The notes below the pieces were generated by a model. That model had not been told where the DNA came from and made no database searches. It saw only the letters and a list, made by a program, of their open reading frames with translations. From contig OZ246395.1 of NCBI GenBank assembly GCA_965230915.1, positions 76,019 through 140,018 on the forward strand: a stretch of 64,000 nucleotides of DNA. The letters are read 5' to 3'. Shown piece by piece: positions 17,915-28,549 of this stretch. The stretch's first letter is position 1; each line of letters opens with the position of its first letter. Source of the stretch: an uncultured Candidatus Saccharibacteria bacterium. Its GTDB lineage: Bacteria > Patescibacteriota > WWE3 > 2-01-FULL-39-13. Made by a program: the position numbers and the translations under genes.

Positions 17915-19747
17915 TTATTTAACCATAGTTAAAAAGTCATCCTCTGTGATGACTTTAACATCTAGTTTTGCGGCTTTTTCGAGTTTAGAACCGGCATCAT
18001 CTCCCGCTATTAAGTAGGTAAGGCCTTTAGTTATCGATGATTTATATTCTCCGCCGTTTTTGTTGATGATTTCGACGAGTTCGTCGCGTGAATAGCGGCC
18101 TTTTTTGCCGGTAATCGCGAATGATGATCCACCTAATTTATTCGTTTTATTTTCTTTTTCGAATTTAAGCCCCATTTTTTGTAAGGTAACTACGATAGGC
18201 CACTTAGCATGCAAATCATGAACAAAATGGCGGGCTTTAACTTCGCCGACACCTTTAACATCGGCTAAATCTTCTGCGGTTAGTTTTGGCAAGTTATCGA
18301 ATCCGAAGTGATTTACTATCCATCGGCTTGTTGCCGGGCCGGTTTGGGCGATTCCTAATGCCTGAATTAACTGCTCCGGTTTAATAGTTTCATGCAAAGT
18401 TGCTTTGATATTCTGAGTTATTTTTATAGCAGACTTTTGTCCAAAACCTTCAAGTTCAGCAATCTGTTCAGGTTTTAATTTATAAAAATCGTCGATTGAA
18501 TCGACTTTAAATTCATTAATAAATCTTTGAATGGTTTTTAGGCCCAATTCTTCGACGCCTAAAACTTTAAAAAAGTATTCGAATGATTGGGACTTTCGGG
18601 CAGGGCAGTTTTTATTTGGACATTCGGTGTATTTTCCCATTTCACGAAGCGGTGTTTTGCAAATAGGGCAAGTGGTGCGGAGTTTATGCGGTGTTTTTGC
18701 GGGAATTACCTGGGTAATAAATGGAATGACTTCTCCAGATCTACAAACTTCGACTTTAGAGCCTATGCCAATTTTAGAGGTTCGAATGTAGTCATAATTA
18801 TGTAGTGTAACGTTTGTGACAGTTGCTCCACTTAATTGAATTGGATCAATTACGGCAACAGAAGTAATGCGTCCGGTTCGGCCAACTTGATCGTTAATTT
18901 CGCGAACAACGCTCCATTTTCTTTCGGCAGGTGATTTATAAGCAACTTGCCATTTTTCGTGATGTTGTGTAGCCGCCATAGAACGTTTGATTGCATCGTT
19001 GGTAGCTTTAATAACAATCCCGTCGAGCGGATAATCTAACTGGAACATTTGTTCGAGTATGCTTTCCCATTGTTCTTCGTCCAATAATTCTTCCTTTGTT
19101 ACTGTGATTTTTTTTGCTTGGTCGTGCAGCACAAAATGTACTCCGCCGTCGCGTAAAGCCTTGATGCCTTCTGACCTAATGTTTTTTGCTTTTACGATTC
19201 CGACAGCTGCATTTCTTGGGTTCTTAAAAGGGCCGGCCAAATGTTCGTTAAAATATGAAAGTGGAATTATTATTTCTCCATAAACTGAAGAGTTATCAGT
19301 TGGTAATTCTCCTTTAATATTCAGGTCTTTTAAACGGTTTGAAATATCTTCTCCGTAATAGCCGTCGCCGCGGGTAGCCAAAACGCCAGATTGATAACGG
19401 GCGGCCATTCCGTCGTATTTAGGCTCGATTACGTATTTTTCATCGTTAATGTCTTCAACCCATTTTTTTACATCGTCGTATGTGTATTTTTTGTCTAAAG
19501 AGAGCATTGGAACAGGGTGCTGCACGTTACCAATTTCTCCGACCAATTCATAAAGTGCTGGGGAATCGGGTCTTATCTCTTTTAGCATTTCAACAATTTG
19601 ATCGAATTCTTCGTCGGGAATTTCTGCCTGGTTATCTATAAAGTATTTTTTGTTGTGGTATGTTATAGCTTTTTCTAAAGCTTCAATTTGCTTTTCTTGT
19701 GGAAGGGCTTGAATTTCTTTAAATGTTGTAGGGAATTTTGTTGCCAT
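17915..19747 (-). CDS. ligA: NAD-dependent DNA ligase
   Basis: Adenylation motif EPKYDGMA (KxDG). Zn-finger cysteines, HhH repeats and a C-terminal BRCT. Confidence 0.9.
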   Translation of the reverse strand: MATKFPTTFKEIQALPQEKQIEALEKAITYHNKKYFIDNQAEIPDEEFDQIVEMLKEIRPDSPALYELVGEIGNVQHPVPMLSLDKKYTYDDVKKWVEDINDEKYVIEPKYDGMAARYQSGVLATRGDGYYGEDISNRLKDLNIKGELPTDNSSVYGEIIIPLSYFNEHLAGPFKNPRNAAVGIVKAKNIRSEGIKALRDGGVHFVLHDQAKKITVTKEELLDEEQWESILEQMFQLDYPLDGIVIKATNDAIKRSMAATQHHEKWQVAYKSPAERKWSVVREINDQVGRTGRITSVAVIDPIQLSGATVTNVTLHNYDYIRTSKIGIGSKVEVCRSGEVIPFITQVIPAKTPHKLRTTCPICKTPLREMGKYTECPNKNCPARKSQSFEYFFKVLGVEELGLKTIQRFINEFKVDSIDDFYKLKPEQIAELEGFGQKSAIKITQNIKATLHETIKPEQLIQALGIAQTGPATSRWIVNHFGFDNLPKLTAEDLADVKGVGEVKARHFVHDLHAKWPIVVTLQKMGLKFEKENKTNKLGGSSFAITGKKGRYSRDELVEIINKNGGEYKSSITKGLTYLIAGDDAGSKLEKAAKLDVKVITEDDFLTMVK

Positions 19748-19838
19748 ACTGGGGCTATTTTAGCGTCTTTGAGAGTCAGAGGAAACGTCTATTTCGGCTT
19801 TTTTTGCCGTAATATCGTTTCCTCTAAATCGACTTAGT

Positions 19839-20441
19839 CTATGGCTGCCTTGAGGCACGCAGAACAATTGTTTTGCCTTCCGGTCGTCTTATGATTGCGC
19901 TCAGAACCTTTTTCCCAGATTCAATAGGTATGGTCATTACATGTTGCCCGAAAATATTTTCGAGTAAAAGCATAAAGACTCCTGGAGCCATGCATTCTAG
20001 CTCGATCATATAAACCGGATTTGATGAAAAGATTTTGGTCTCGTCTTTTTCATCGTCGATTAGTTCGCGAACCAAAGCGCTTCTGAGGTTTACTTCAGTA
20101 CCTTTAGGGTTGTTGAATGCACCGATTGCCGAGAGAATCCAATTTAAATGGTGATCTGCACTAAAAACCGAAAACTTATAACAGCCGGCATTGTAAGTTT
20201 CAGCCATAGAGGCATAAGTTATACCCGTTCGTCCAGGTACACTGAAAACTTGGGTCGGTTCGCTTGCCATCATCTCCTCAAATTTTTCGTATAGAGACTC
20301 CATGGTCTCCATAGTGGTGTCGATAAGTACTTGCCGACACACAGGTGAAGTGAAAGCGATTATATAAACCGGGACTTTCAACCCACAAGCAATTTCCTTC
20401 ATTATTGCAAGAGATTTTCTTGCTGTGTTTACCTTATCCAC
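19839..20441 (-). CDS. hypothetical protein
   Basis: 200-aa ORF co-oriented with and upstream of ligA. No recognisable motif. GC looks moderately elevated. Confidence 0.4.
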   Translation of the reverse strand: MDKVNTARKSLAIMKEIACGLKVPVYIIAFTSPVCRQVLIDTTMETMESLYEKFEEMMASEPTQVFSVPGRTGITYASMAETYNAGCYKFSVFSADHHLNWILSAIGAFNNPKGTEVNLRSALVRELIDDEKDETKIFSSNPVYMIELECMAPGVFMLLLENIFGQHVMTIPIESGKKVLSAIIRRPEGKTIVLRASRQP

Positions 20442-20534
20442 TTGATCTCCGTTTCTGTTTTATTGTGCAATCATCGCTAAGTCGATATTGAAATTATTAT
20501 AACCTATAATTTTAGGTCGGATCTATTTCGAGTT

Positions 20535-21455
20535 TTAACTTTTGGAACTTTCTATTCGTTCCCATTGGCCTTTAGAGTAGCTGGAAGAGAAGTGTTGTAG
20601 GTAAATTACTGTCCACAAGTAAAGTCTTAGAGGATATAAAAGAAGGCTGAACCAAAGTTCCCTAGGATTACGTGCAAATTGAATAGGGAAAAATATACTT
20701 CCTAAATCTTGCCATATACTCCGGCTATTTTGAGCCGAATTTACGGCCGAACGCTGATTTTCCGCGGCGGTAATTTTGGTCGCCTGTACATTTCCCCCTA
20801 GTGAACGTTTTTTCTGTTTGATCCAGTCGCTGAAATTCTTAGGAAAACGCACATAAGCTAAAGCCTCTGGCTCATATTGAATTTTATACCCGGCTTCAGC
20901 AATTTTTGTAGATAAGTAGGCGTCTTCTGCTCGAATATCCTCTGGAATAGGGAACAAGTTTTTAATGTTTCTAATGCCATACAAATATCCGCTCATTGGA
21001 ACATGTTTGTCGACTAATCGCTTTTGATGCGCGGCTTCGCAGAACAAATGTGAGTAATACCCAAATTGAGTTTTGCGATCGTCCAAAGAGACGGGGTGTC
21101 CGCTGACCCCTCCAACTTCTTCAGACTCAAAATGGCGAATCAAACCTTTAATAGCATTATGGCTAATATGCATGTCTCCATCAGTCAGAATTAAAATTTC
21201 GCCAGTTGCTGACTTAACGGCTAAATTTATGGCTGCAGGTTTGCCGTTTCCACTATCTTTTATAACTTTGTGGCTAGAGAACTCTTCGTACTCTCGAAGC
21301 ATATCTTGTGCCGCCTCTAGCGTTTCGTTGTCCGGAGCAACGACGATTAGTTGCATATTGCTAACTAAATCTAGGTTAGGCTGAACTATGCGCTCGATGG
21401 CCTGTTTAATTGTTGTCGGTTCTTTAAAACTTGTGAGAATGACCGAGAAATTCAT
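20535..21455 (-). CDS. family 2 glycosyltransferase
   Basis: GT-A fold motifs (VVAPDNETLEAAQDM; ILTDGDMHIS DxD-like) and C-terminal hydrophobic helices. Confidence 0.7.
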   Translation of the reverse strand: MNFSVILTSFKEPTTIKQAIERIVQPNLDLVSNMQLIVVAPDNETLEAAQDMLREYEEFSSHKVIKDSGNGKPAAINLAVKSATGEILILTDGDMHISHNAIKGLIRHFESEEVGGVSGHPVSLDDRKTQFGYYSHLFCEAAHQKRLVDKHVPMSGYLYGIRNIKNLFPIPEDIRAEDAYLSTKIAEAGYKIQYEPEALAYVRFPKNFSDWIKQKKRSLGGNVQATKITAAENQRSAVNSAQNSRSIWQDLGSIFFPIQFARNPRELWFSLLLYPLRLYLWTVIYLQHFSSSYSKGQWERIESSKS

Positions 21456-21510
21456 GTTAATATTTCTTTAGAAAGGAAATTACTTGCTTACGAGGAAATT
21501 TTAACAAAAT

Positions 21511-21786
21511 ATGAAAAATTTATCTGGTTTTGCCCCGTATAGTATGATTTTAGCTCTTGCCATTATTTCGCTAGTTGTAGTTATTTTTCAAATAAAAGTT
21601 CGTGCTGAGGAGCTCATTTTTTATAAAGAATTAAATAAGCAAAATGCAGCATCGGTAAAAACCCTAAATGGCGCCGCAGAACCTTGCGCTGGTCCAGGCA
21701 AAGCCAAGTGTAAAGACGGCTATAAGTGTGTTATACCTAAGACAAGTAGCGATGGATTTGGTGTCTGTGTTATAGATAAAAAATAA
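21511..21786 (+). CDS. small secreted cysteine-rich peptide
   Basis: N-terminal TM/signal segment. The mature ~50 aa carry four Cys in CAGPGKAKCKDGYKCVIPKTSSDGFGVCV. Confidence 0.4.
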   Translation: MKNLSGFAPYSMILALAIISLVVVIFQIKVRAEELIFYKELNKQNAASVKTLNGAAEPCAGPGKAKCKDGYKCVIPKTSSDGFGVCVIDKK

Positions 21787-21844
21787 CAAAAATATTTAGA
21801 GCGATTTTAAGTGGAATCGCCAATTTGCACCGCAAAAAAACAAA

Positions 21845-22753
21845 ATGGTCGAAGAAAAAACAGAAACAAAAGAAATGAAAGTTAACGAATCTAAAGAAGT
21901 TAAGCATCACACAAGTAGAAAGTATCCACGTATGGCTGGATTTAAAGATAGATTCGTTGCTATTTTTATAGATGGTCTAATTTTATCCGCTATAAATGGA
22001 GTTTTATTTTCAATTTTTAGTCCGCTATATTTTCATAATATTGCGCTGTCGATGAATTACAATAATGCCCAGGCAGCATCCTCTACGTTTGGATTCGCCC
22101 AAACTTTTTTTGGGCTTTTCTCAATTGCTTTAGGACTCGGATATTTCGGATATTTTTATACAACTCGCGGTCAAACAATTGGAAAACAAGTAATGAAACT
22201 TAAAGTAGTCAGATCAGCCGATCTAAAATACTTAAGCTGGGGAGAAGCTATATTAAGAGAAGTAATAAGATCTTTTATAAGCAGCTTTCTATTTTTCTTA
22301 GGATACCTTTGGTATTTCATGAGTGAAAAGCGCCAAACCTGGCATGACATTATTGCTTCAACTTATGTTGTAAAAACAGACGATAAAGGCGAAATATTAA
22401 TGGACGGATTAGCATCATACAAAAAAGAACCGGTAAAAACATTCGGATGTTGCGGAGCAATAGGAGTTGCCGCAATTCTTATATTTGCAGCTGTTATGTT
22501 TGCAATAGTAACTTTTATAAATGCTGTTAAAGACGAGGTTATAAACAATAGGCAGCCGAATATGCAGCAAGATTATGAAATGAATTTCGATGACGATTAT
22601 CAGTATTATAACGACGAGGATATGGCCCCGGGCGATGATGTAACTGAGGAAGAACTAAAACAATATTTTGAGCAGAACTTTCCTGGCGCGCTAGATCAGT
22701 TAGATCAGCAGAATATGCAAAGTGAGCCAGAGGCTACTCCTCAACAGCTATAA
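21845..22753 (+). CDS. RDD family membrane protein with acidic C-terminal tail
   Basis: R…D…D pattern (KDRFVAIFIDGLI) with flanking TM helices. Long D/E/Q-rich C-terminus. Confidence 0.6.
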   Translation: MVEEKTETKEMKVNESKEVKHHTSRKYPRMAGFKDRFVAIFIDGLILSAINGVLFSIFSPLYFHNIALSMNYNNAQAASSTFGFAQTFFGLFSIALGLGYFGYFYTTRGQTIGKQVMKLKVVRSADLKYLSWGEAILREVIRSFISSFLFFLGYLWYFMSEKRQTWHDIIASTYVVKTDDKGEILMDGLASYKKEPVKTFGCCGAIGVAAILIFAAVMFAIVTFINAVKDEVINNRQPNMQQDYEMNFDDDYQYYNDEDMAPGDDVTEEELKQYFEQNFPGALDQLDQQNMQSEPEATPQQL

Positions 22754-22784
22754 ATTGATTTATAATGCGGATTATTAATCATTT

Positions 22785-24059
22785 ATGAAAAAACTTGCAA
22801 CACAGCCACTAACCGGTTTTCGTGATTTTTTGCCAGAAGACTGGAAAATTCAATCTTATATTTTTAACACCTGGAAATCGGTATGTGAACGTTATGGTTA
22901 TAAAGAATATAACGGTCCTGTTTTAGAAAATGTAGAAATTTACAATAAATCTGGCGATGATGTGGGTGCTGCTGGTAAAGAATTGTATGCGTTTAAAGAT
23001 CGTGGAGAACGCGATGTTGCGCTACGTCCAGAAATGACCCCGACTGTTGGCCGTATGGTTGCTGCGTATGGAAAGCAATTTACAAAGCCTATTCGATGGT
23101 TTAGTATCGCTCAATTTTTTAGAGCGGAAAAACCTCAACGCGGACGTGGTCGTGAATTTTTTCAATTAAATGCAGATATTTTTGGGGTCGATTCAGTTTA
23201 TGCTGATTTTGAAGTAATTGATTTGGCCATTAACATTTTAGTTGAATTTAAAGCAACTAATGAGATGTTTAAGGTTAAAATTAATAACCGAAAATTATCC
23301 GACTATTATTTTTCAGAAATTCTAAAAGTTAATAACGAAGACCAAAAACGCTCCATTTTAAAGCTTATTGATGCATATCCAAAAAATGGCGACAACTGGC
23401 TTTACGCAAAAGCCGATGAAATGGGAATTGATGGATTACACTCCAAATTAAAGAAATATCTTTCATTAACAACTAAAGATTTAAGTGAAATGAAAGGCGA
23501 AAACGAAGGTGTAGACGAGCTTATTCAGCTTTTTGAACTAATAGAAGCCGCCGGATTGTCAAAATACTGCGAGTTAGAGACAACTATCGCTCGTGGATTC
23601 GATTATTACACCGGAATGGTATTCGAAGTTTTTGATATGAACCCACAAAACAATCGATCAATGTTTGGGGGAGGTCGCTATGATGATTTATTAAATCTAT
23701 TTGGTGAAGAAAAAATGCCAGCAGTCGGATTTGCTCCCGGCGATATCACAACAAAGCTATTCTTAGAAAGTTGGGGATTATTAGAAGGGTTTGATATGAA
23801 CCAGAAAGAAAGCTTTTATATTCCAGTGTTAAATAAGGACGATTTCAATTTATACAAAGAAATCGCCGATGATATAAGACGCGGCGGATCAATTGCCGAA
23901 CTTTCTTTAAGCGAAACAAATATCTCAGAAGCACTAAGAACTGCGAATAAAAATAAAATGAACTATGTAGTAATTATGGGTGAAGACGAAAAGAAAAATG
24001 AGTGTTACAAGCTAAAAGACATGAGAAGCGGAGAAGAGAAAACCATTAATTTCGCATAA
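22785..24059 (+). CDS. hisS: histidine--tRNA ligase
   Basis: Class II aaRS motifs (FRDFLPED…, RGFDYYTG) and a C-terminal anticodon-binding domain. Confidence 0.9.
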   Translation: MKKLATQPLTGFRDFLPEDWKIQSYIFNTWKSVCERYGYKEYNGPVLENVEIYNKSGDDVGAAGKELYAFKDRGERDVALRPEMTPTVGRMVAAYGKQFTKPIRWFSIAQFFRAEKPQRGRGREFFQLNADIFGVDSVYADFEVIDLAINILVEFKATNEMFKVKINNRKLSDYYFSEILKVNNEDQKRSILKLIDAYPKNGDNWLYAKADEMGIDGLHSKLKKYLSLTTKDLSEMKGENEGVDELIQLFELIEAAGLSKYCELETTIARGFDYYTGMVFEVFDMNPQNNRSMFGGGRYDDLLNLFGEEKMPAVGFAPGDITTKLFLESWGLLEGFDMNQKESFYIPVLNKDDFNLYKEIADDIRRGGSIAELSLSETNISEALRTANKNKMNYVVIMGEDEKKNECYKLKDMRSGEEKTINFA

Positions 24060-24067
24060 AAATTCCA

Positions 24068-24128
24068 AGGTGACAGAATAACAGTGACACGATTAGGTTC
24101 GTATTTTTGCTATCCTGTCACCTTTTTT
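24068..24128 (+). terminator. hairpin + T-run after hisS (bidirectional terminator candidate)
   Basis: AGGTGACAG … CTGTCACCT followed by TTTTTT. The loop is large. Confidence 0.45.
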
Positions 24129-24142
24129 GTTAGACGGTTTCC

Positions 24143-24751
24143 TTAGTGTCTGCACTTGCTCCTGTTTTCTAAAAGGCCAGCTATGCCGACTATCCCCATC
24201 ATCGTAAGAAGAAATCCGACTAGCCATATAGCGGCTATGGTTATGGGTTGTGTCCAAAAGACATAAAACTTTGTCGCATCGGTCGGGTAAACTCTTGTCT
24301 TGTTGGTTGTACCTTCCACTAGGATTCCAAGAACATCACCCTCATCGATTTCGACGTGTCCGCTTGCAGTTGTTTGCAGCGTATAGTATTGATCTATCCA
24401 CAACACACCCAAGGGAACTGGGGATCGAACGCCTTCGATTCTTTCTTCCCCAATCCTAATTGCGAAACTTTGAGGTGCCGCCACGGTTATCGTTACGGTG
24501 TCTGAACCCAGCTCTGCATATCTTCCGCGGGAAAGAGTAAATTCAGACGCGGGATCATGAACTACAACTGCAAGGGCGTAAAAGTTGATAACTTGAACCA
24601 AACCATACGCAATTACCAGCCATGAAAGAAACACTAGCACAACGATCCAGTTTTCTTTGCAAAAAACGGCAACGCTAACAATCCGAGGTGGAACTTTAAT
24701 TGCAGACATAGCACGCATTTGTCGATTCCTTCCTAGCCATGTAGTGTGCAA
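24143..24751 (-). CDS. membrane protein (DUF3592-like)
   Basis: Two TM helices flank a β-rich region. The segment looks more GC-rich than its neighbours. Confidence 0.4.
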   Translation of the reverse strand: MHTTWLGRNRQMRAMSAIKVPPRIVSVAVFCKENWIVVLVFLSWLVIAYGLVQVINFYALAVVVHDPASEFTLSRGRYAELGSDTVTITVAAPQSFAIRIGEERIEGVRSPVPLGVLWIDQYYTLQTTASGHVEIDEGDVLGILVEGTTNKTRVYPTDATKFYVFWTQPITIAAIWLVGFLLTMMGIVGIAGLLENRSKCRH

Positions 24752-24886
24752 AACTAATACGCGATGTATTAATTAGGGGAATATTAACAGTTTGTTAAAT
24801 TATTTCATAGCGAAACCCCAGCGTTAGCGCTATACTTTGCATAATCAAAAAAGTTATTTGTTTATTACCTCAGGAGGTGAATTCAC

Positions 24887-25198
24887 TTGGCAGAAGTTAC
24901 AAAAACCCCATCTGGCGATAGCAATATTTTTGCTGCGCTTAGTTATTTATGGATTCTTTCGATAATTTTTTATGTCATCAAAAAAGATGATGAATTCGTG
25001 AAATTTCACGCAAAACAGGGAATGGTACTTTTAGCAGTAGAAATAGTTGCTATGTTCCTATTTTTCTTAGGACCAATTCCAGTTCTTATTAATCTTGTCG
25101 TGTTTGTCCTTATGGTTATAGGAGCGATAAAAGCTTATCAGGGAGAAAAATATAGAATTCCTGTTGTTGCTGATTTAGCAGACAAAATCAATTTCTAA
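24887..25198 (+). CDS. DUF4870 family small membrane protein
   Basis: …ALSYLWILSIIFYVIKKDDEFVKFHAKQGMVL… signature. Strong SD AGGAGGTG 8 nt upstream of a TTG start. Confidence 0.55.
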   Translation: MAEVTKTPSGDSNIFAALSYLWILSIIFYVIKKDDEFVKFHAKQGMVLLAVEIVAMFLFFLGPIPVLINLVVFVLMVIGAIKAYQGEKYRIPVVADLADKINF

Positions 25199-25297
25199 TT
25201 GATTATGGTCACAGACCATAAGTACTGCTAAAACAAAAGTTCTATAGATTTTAAATTTTGTTTTGCAGTGACTAGAAGGAATTATTTTAGAGCATAG

Positions 25298-25328
25298 TTG
25301 GGAGGCCATAGAATGCCTCCCAATTTTT
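25298..25328 (+). terminator. intrinsic terminator
   Basis: 9-bp stem TTGGGAGGC/GCCTCCCAA with an 8-nt loop, followed by TTTTT. Confidence 0.6.
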
Positions 25329-25364
25329 GTTCTTTTTCACGGTTGATGTATTACAATTACTCGT

Positions 25365-25688
25365 ATGGTTAAATCACTCGGAGAAATTCTTCGAAATATT
25401 CAAGCAAAAGACGCAGGAAAATATCTTAAACATGAATGGCAATTATACGGCTACCGTTTGGCTAATTGGCTCGACGATATGGACCGAATTTCCCTTTATA
25501 TGCGTCTCGCCAAAACCGAACACCGCAAATTACTAGATGAAGCTTGGGATTTCGTTAAAGACGCTTATCATCCGAACTCAAAGTCAAAGCTTTTTATGTG
25601 GAAGTTATCGCAGTTACGCAAAGAACGGAAAGACAAGGAGCAGGCAGCTGAGATAAAAGCCGATGAGCAGGGACAGACTATTCTCTAA
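25365..25688 (+). CDS. hypothetical protein
   Basis: 107-aa ORF. No recognisable motif. Confidence 0.35.
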   Translation: MVKSLGEILRNIQAKDAGKYLKHEWQLYGYRLANWLDDMDRISLYMRLAKTEHRKLLDEAWDFVKDAYHPNSKSKLFMWKLSQLRKERKDKEQAAEIKADEQGQTIL

Positions 25689-25715
25689 TAAATTTTCTTG
25701 TGTTAACGTATATCT

Positions 25716-26285
25716 ATGAGTAATCCTCTGTTTGATAGATATAAAATTCCTTTCTTGTTTTCAATCGCAATAACACTCGCCGTTATAATCTTTTCTAATC
25801 AAGTTTCGACATTGTCACAGACCGAATTAGCTTTAAGTGCCTCTATAGCTTTTGTAGGATCTATTGCAGGCTTTTTATTGGTTGACTTAGAATATCTAAT
25901 TCATGCTTACCTTGTTGATCCTTCTAGCGATGTGTCAATAAAGATAAAAGATCTTTTTTCGCATGGAAAGTTTGTTGCCTTGATCGATTATTATAATCAT
26001 GAAGAACACACGTTTGGTGAGCTTTCGATTAGAAGCGCAATGTTTCAGATTATATTGGCAGGTCTTTCTCTAATTGTTGTAACTGGTGACACTTGGATTT
26101 TCGCCAAGACAATGGTCTTATCAATGGGGGCAACCTTATTATATTTTCAATTTGCAGAATACCTAAGAGCACATACATTATTGCGCTGGTTTTGGATTTT
26201 TACGGGAAACCTAACCGACAGCTTTTATAAAGCTTATATGGTCGTGCTTTTTATTATCTATATATACCAATTCACGCTTTTGTGA
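25716..26285 (+). CDS. hypothetical membrane protein
   Basis: Several predicted TM helices. No motif. Confidence 0.35.
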   Translation: MSNPLFDRYKIPFLFSIAITLAVIIFSNQVSTLSQTELALSASIAFVGSIAGFLLVDLEYLIHAYLVDPSSDVSIKIKDLFSHGKFVALIDYYNHEEHTFGELSIRSAMFQIILAGLSLIVVTGDTWIFAKTMVLSMGATLLYFQFAEYLRAHTLLRWFWIFTGNLTDSFYKAYMVVLFIIYIYQFTLL

Positions 26286-26300
26286 TTTGATATTACTATC

Positions 26301-27272
26301 ATGCCCAAAATTCTTTGTATTGGACATATAACACTTGATACCTTTTTAACGGTTGAGAATGTCGACGTTCACTGCGATTTAAATCACATTGATTGCAAAA
26401 TTTCATTCGGGTTCGGAGCTAAGGTTCCTGTTAAAGATGTTTTCTATTCAATCGGGGGAGGTGCAGCTAATACAGCTGTGGGTCTTCGAAAGCTAGGTCA
26501 TGAAGTATCGGTTTTCACAATTTTAGGAACAGATGCAAAAGCCAAGGACGTTATTAAGCAATTGTCGCATGAGAAAATAGATATTTCGCATATTGAACAA
26601 GATAGTAACCCAACCGACCAAGCGTCAATAATCTCATATGAGATTGAAAGGACTATCTTCACATATAGCTATCCAAGGAAGTACTCGGTTAAAAACATAG
26701 ACGAAAAATTTACAGCAATCTACCTTTCGTCGGTAGGTACCGAGGTGGCCCAATTGTATAAAGAAATTATCCATTTAAAGCAGAAAGGCTCAATTAAAAG
26801 CTTATTCTATAACCCTGGCTCGCGTGAAGTTAAAAATGCTCGTTCGGAAATGAATGAATTATTAAAGCATGTTGATTATTTAATAGTTAATGTAGAAGAG
26901 GGCTGTGAAATTTTAAATTTAGGGTTAAAGCGTACCGATATTGAAATGCAAGATTTAATGAACTTGTTAAACGAAAAGGGTCCAAAGCATATTGTGCTTA
27001 CAGATTCAGATAATGGAGCATATGTTTGGTCCGAAGGGGACTTGCACCATCTTCCGGCAAAAAAAGTTGAAGTTGTAGAAAAGACCGGTGCCGGTGATGC
27101 TTATGCATCAGGCTATATAGCGGCTATTTTATATGGATACGATATTAAACAGTCATCTAAATTCGGGATTTTAAACAGTTCCAATGCAATACAAAGTATT
27201 GGAGCTCAAACAGGCCTTTTAACAAAAGCCGATTTAATCAGAGAATTAGGCGAAATTCCCAATAAAAATTAA
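26301..27272 (+). CDS. PfkB family carbohydrate kinase (ribokinase-like)
   Basis: GGGAANTAVGL (GG motif) and the C-terminal TGAGDAYASGYI ATP-binding motif. Confidence 0.75.
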   Translation: MPKILCIGHITLDTFLTVENVDVHCDLNHIDCKISFGFGAKVPVKDVFYSIGGGAANTAVGLRKLGHEVSVFTILGTDAKAKDVIKQLSHEKIDISHIEQDSNPTDQASIISYEIERTIFTYSYPRKYSVKNIDEKFTAIYLSSVGTEVAQLYKEIIHLKQKGSIKSLFYNPGSREVKNARSEMNELLKHVDYLIVNVEEGCEILNLGLKRTDIEMQDLMNLLNEKGPKHIVLTDSDNGAYVWSEGDLHHLPAKKVEVVEKTGAGDAYASGYIAAILYGYDIKQSSKFGILNSSNAIQSIGAQTGLLTKADLIRELGEIPNKN

Positions 27273-27274
27273 AA

Positions 27275-28549
27275 TTATTTATCAGAAGAGGTTAAGCTTG
27301 GAGCTTCTTGCTCGATATGGTGAGCCTGATTATTTATTAATGATGTAACTGAACTCACCTTATTATTTTTGAAGATAGGGCTGTCATCTTGAAATATACG
27401 TGTTCTTCCAAGTGTCGAAAGTGTAATTATTGGCAAAATACCAATAATCATAAGGGTTATTCTTATGGTTAAATCATCTTCAAGGTTTAGTCCGGTAAAT
27501 AGTAATAAACAAATAGGGACTAATCGGCCGATTGATGTTACTGTGTCAACTAAATATTGATATTCGGAGTACAATTGATATTCTTTGCGGTCTTCGCTCA
27601 TAATTCGCTCTGTTGAAGCGTTATATGAAACCTCTTTAACAACATCCATAAATTGGGCTGCGACTAAAAAGCCTAAAATAACGGCAAAATTTATTTCAGA
27701 TAAAAAGAATGTACTGGCCGCTGCAAAGATAAATGCTCCAATAGAATAGAGAACCTTAGAGTTAAAATTATTTACCCATATTGTTAAAAAGAAGCTAAGG
27801 ATAATCCCGAATAAGACGATACCGCTATTTATTAAACCCCATTTCAAGAAAGATTCAGCAAACATAAGTACGATGACCGGAAGAATTGTAAGCGTAATAC
27901 CTTCTGAAAGGCCTTGAATAAAAACCCCTTTAACTAAATGAATCTTATCGCTATTGGTTCCAGGGAAGGTCAGAATATTTTTTAAATCAAAATTATTATG
28001 ATTTGGCGGTATTTTATATAAAAATACAACAATTGTTTTAGCTATTAAGAGAATAATTATTAATTGGAATAGAAAGTCGAAATTTCCTTCTGTAACAGTA
28101 AGTAAATAGGCAGCCGCTAATGGTAATGAAACACTAATAAGTCTTGAAAATAATGATTTATCCGCGTAGTAATGGTTTAAATCAGCACGTTCTCCTTGAA
28201 CTTCGTATTCAATAGCATGGATTGGAATACTTCTAAATGATTCGCCAACGCCTCCCAGTACTGCAATTACAACTAAAGCCAGAATACTGATAGGAAATTG
28301 AACATAAATCATTAGTACAATCTGAAGGATTTGTATCCATATACCAACAAGCATTGTTATTTTTATATCGAACTTGTCGGTAAGATAGCCTGCCAAAAGT
28401 CCAATGATTGGTGTAACCGCAAAATAAGCCAACACGAATATAAGCACGTCGCGCAGATCGCGTGTGTTGTCCCATATATATAAAGTGAAGAAGGTTCTTT
28501 CGAGCACGTCACTTGATATGGCGAGTAGGCGAAGTGGAGGCAAGTTCAT
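27275..28549 (-). CDS. MFS-like polytopic transporter
   Basis: About 12 hydrophobic helices. Weak similarity only. Confidence 0.4.
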   Translation of the reverse strand: MNLPPLRLLAISSDVLERTFFTLYIWDNTRDLRDVLIFVLAYFAVTPIIGLLAGYLTDKFDIKITMLVGIWIQILQIVLMIYVQFPISILALVVIAVLGGVGESFRSIPIHAIEYEVQGERADLNHYYADKSLFSRLISVSLPLAAAYLLTVTEGNFDFLFQLIIILLIAKTIVVFLYKIPPNHNNFDLKNILTFPGTNSDKIHLVKGVFIQGLSEGITLTILPVIVLMFAESFLKWGLINSGIVLFGIILSFFLTIWVNNFNSKVLYSIGAFIFAAASTFFLSEINFAVILGFLVAAQFMDVVKEVSYNASTERIMSEDRKEYQLYSEYQYLVDTVTSIGRLVPICLLLFTGLNLEDDLTIRITLMIIGILPIITLSTLGRTRIFQDDSPIFKNNKVSSVTSLINNQAHHIEQEAPSLTSSDK

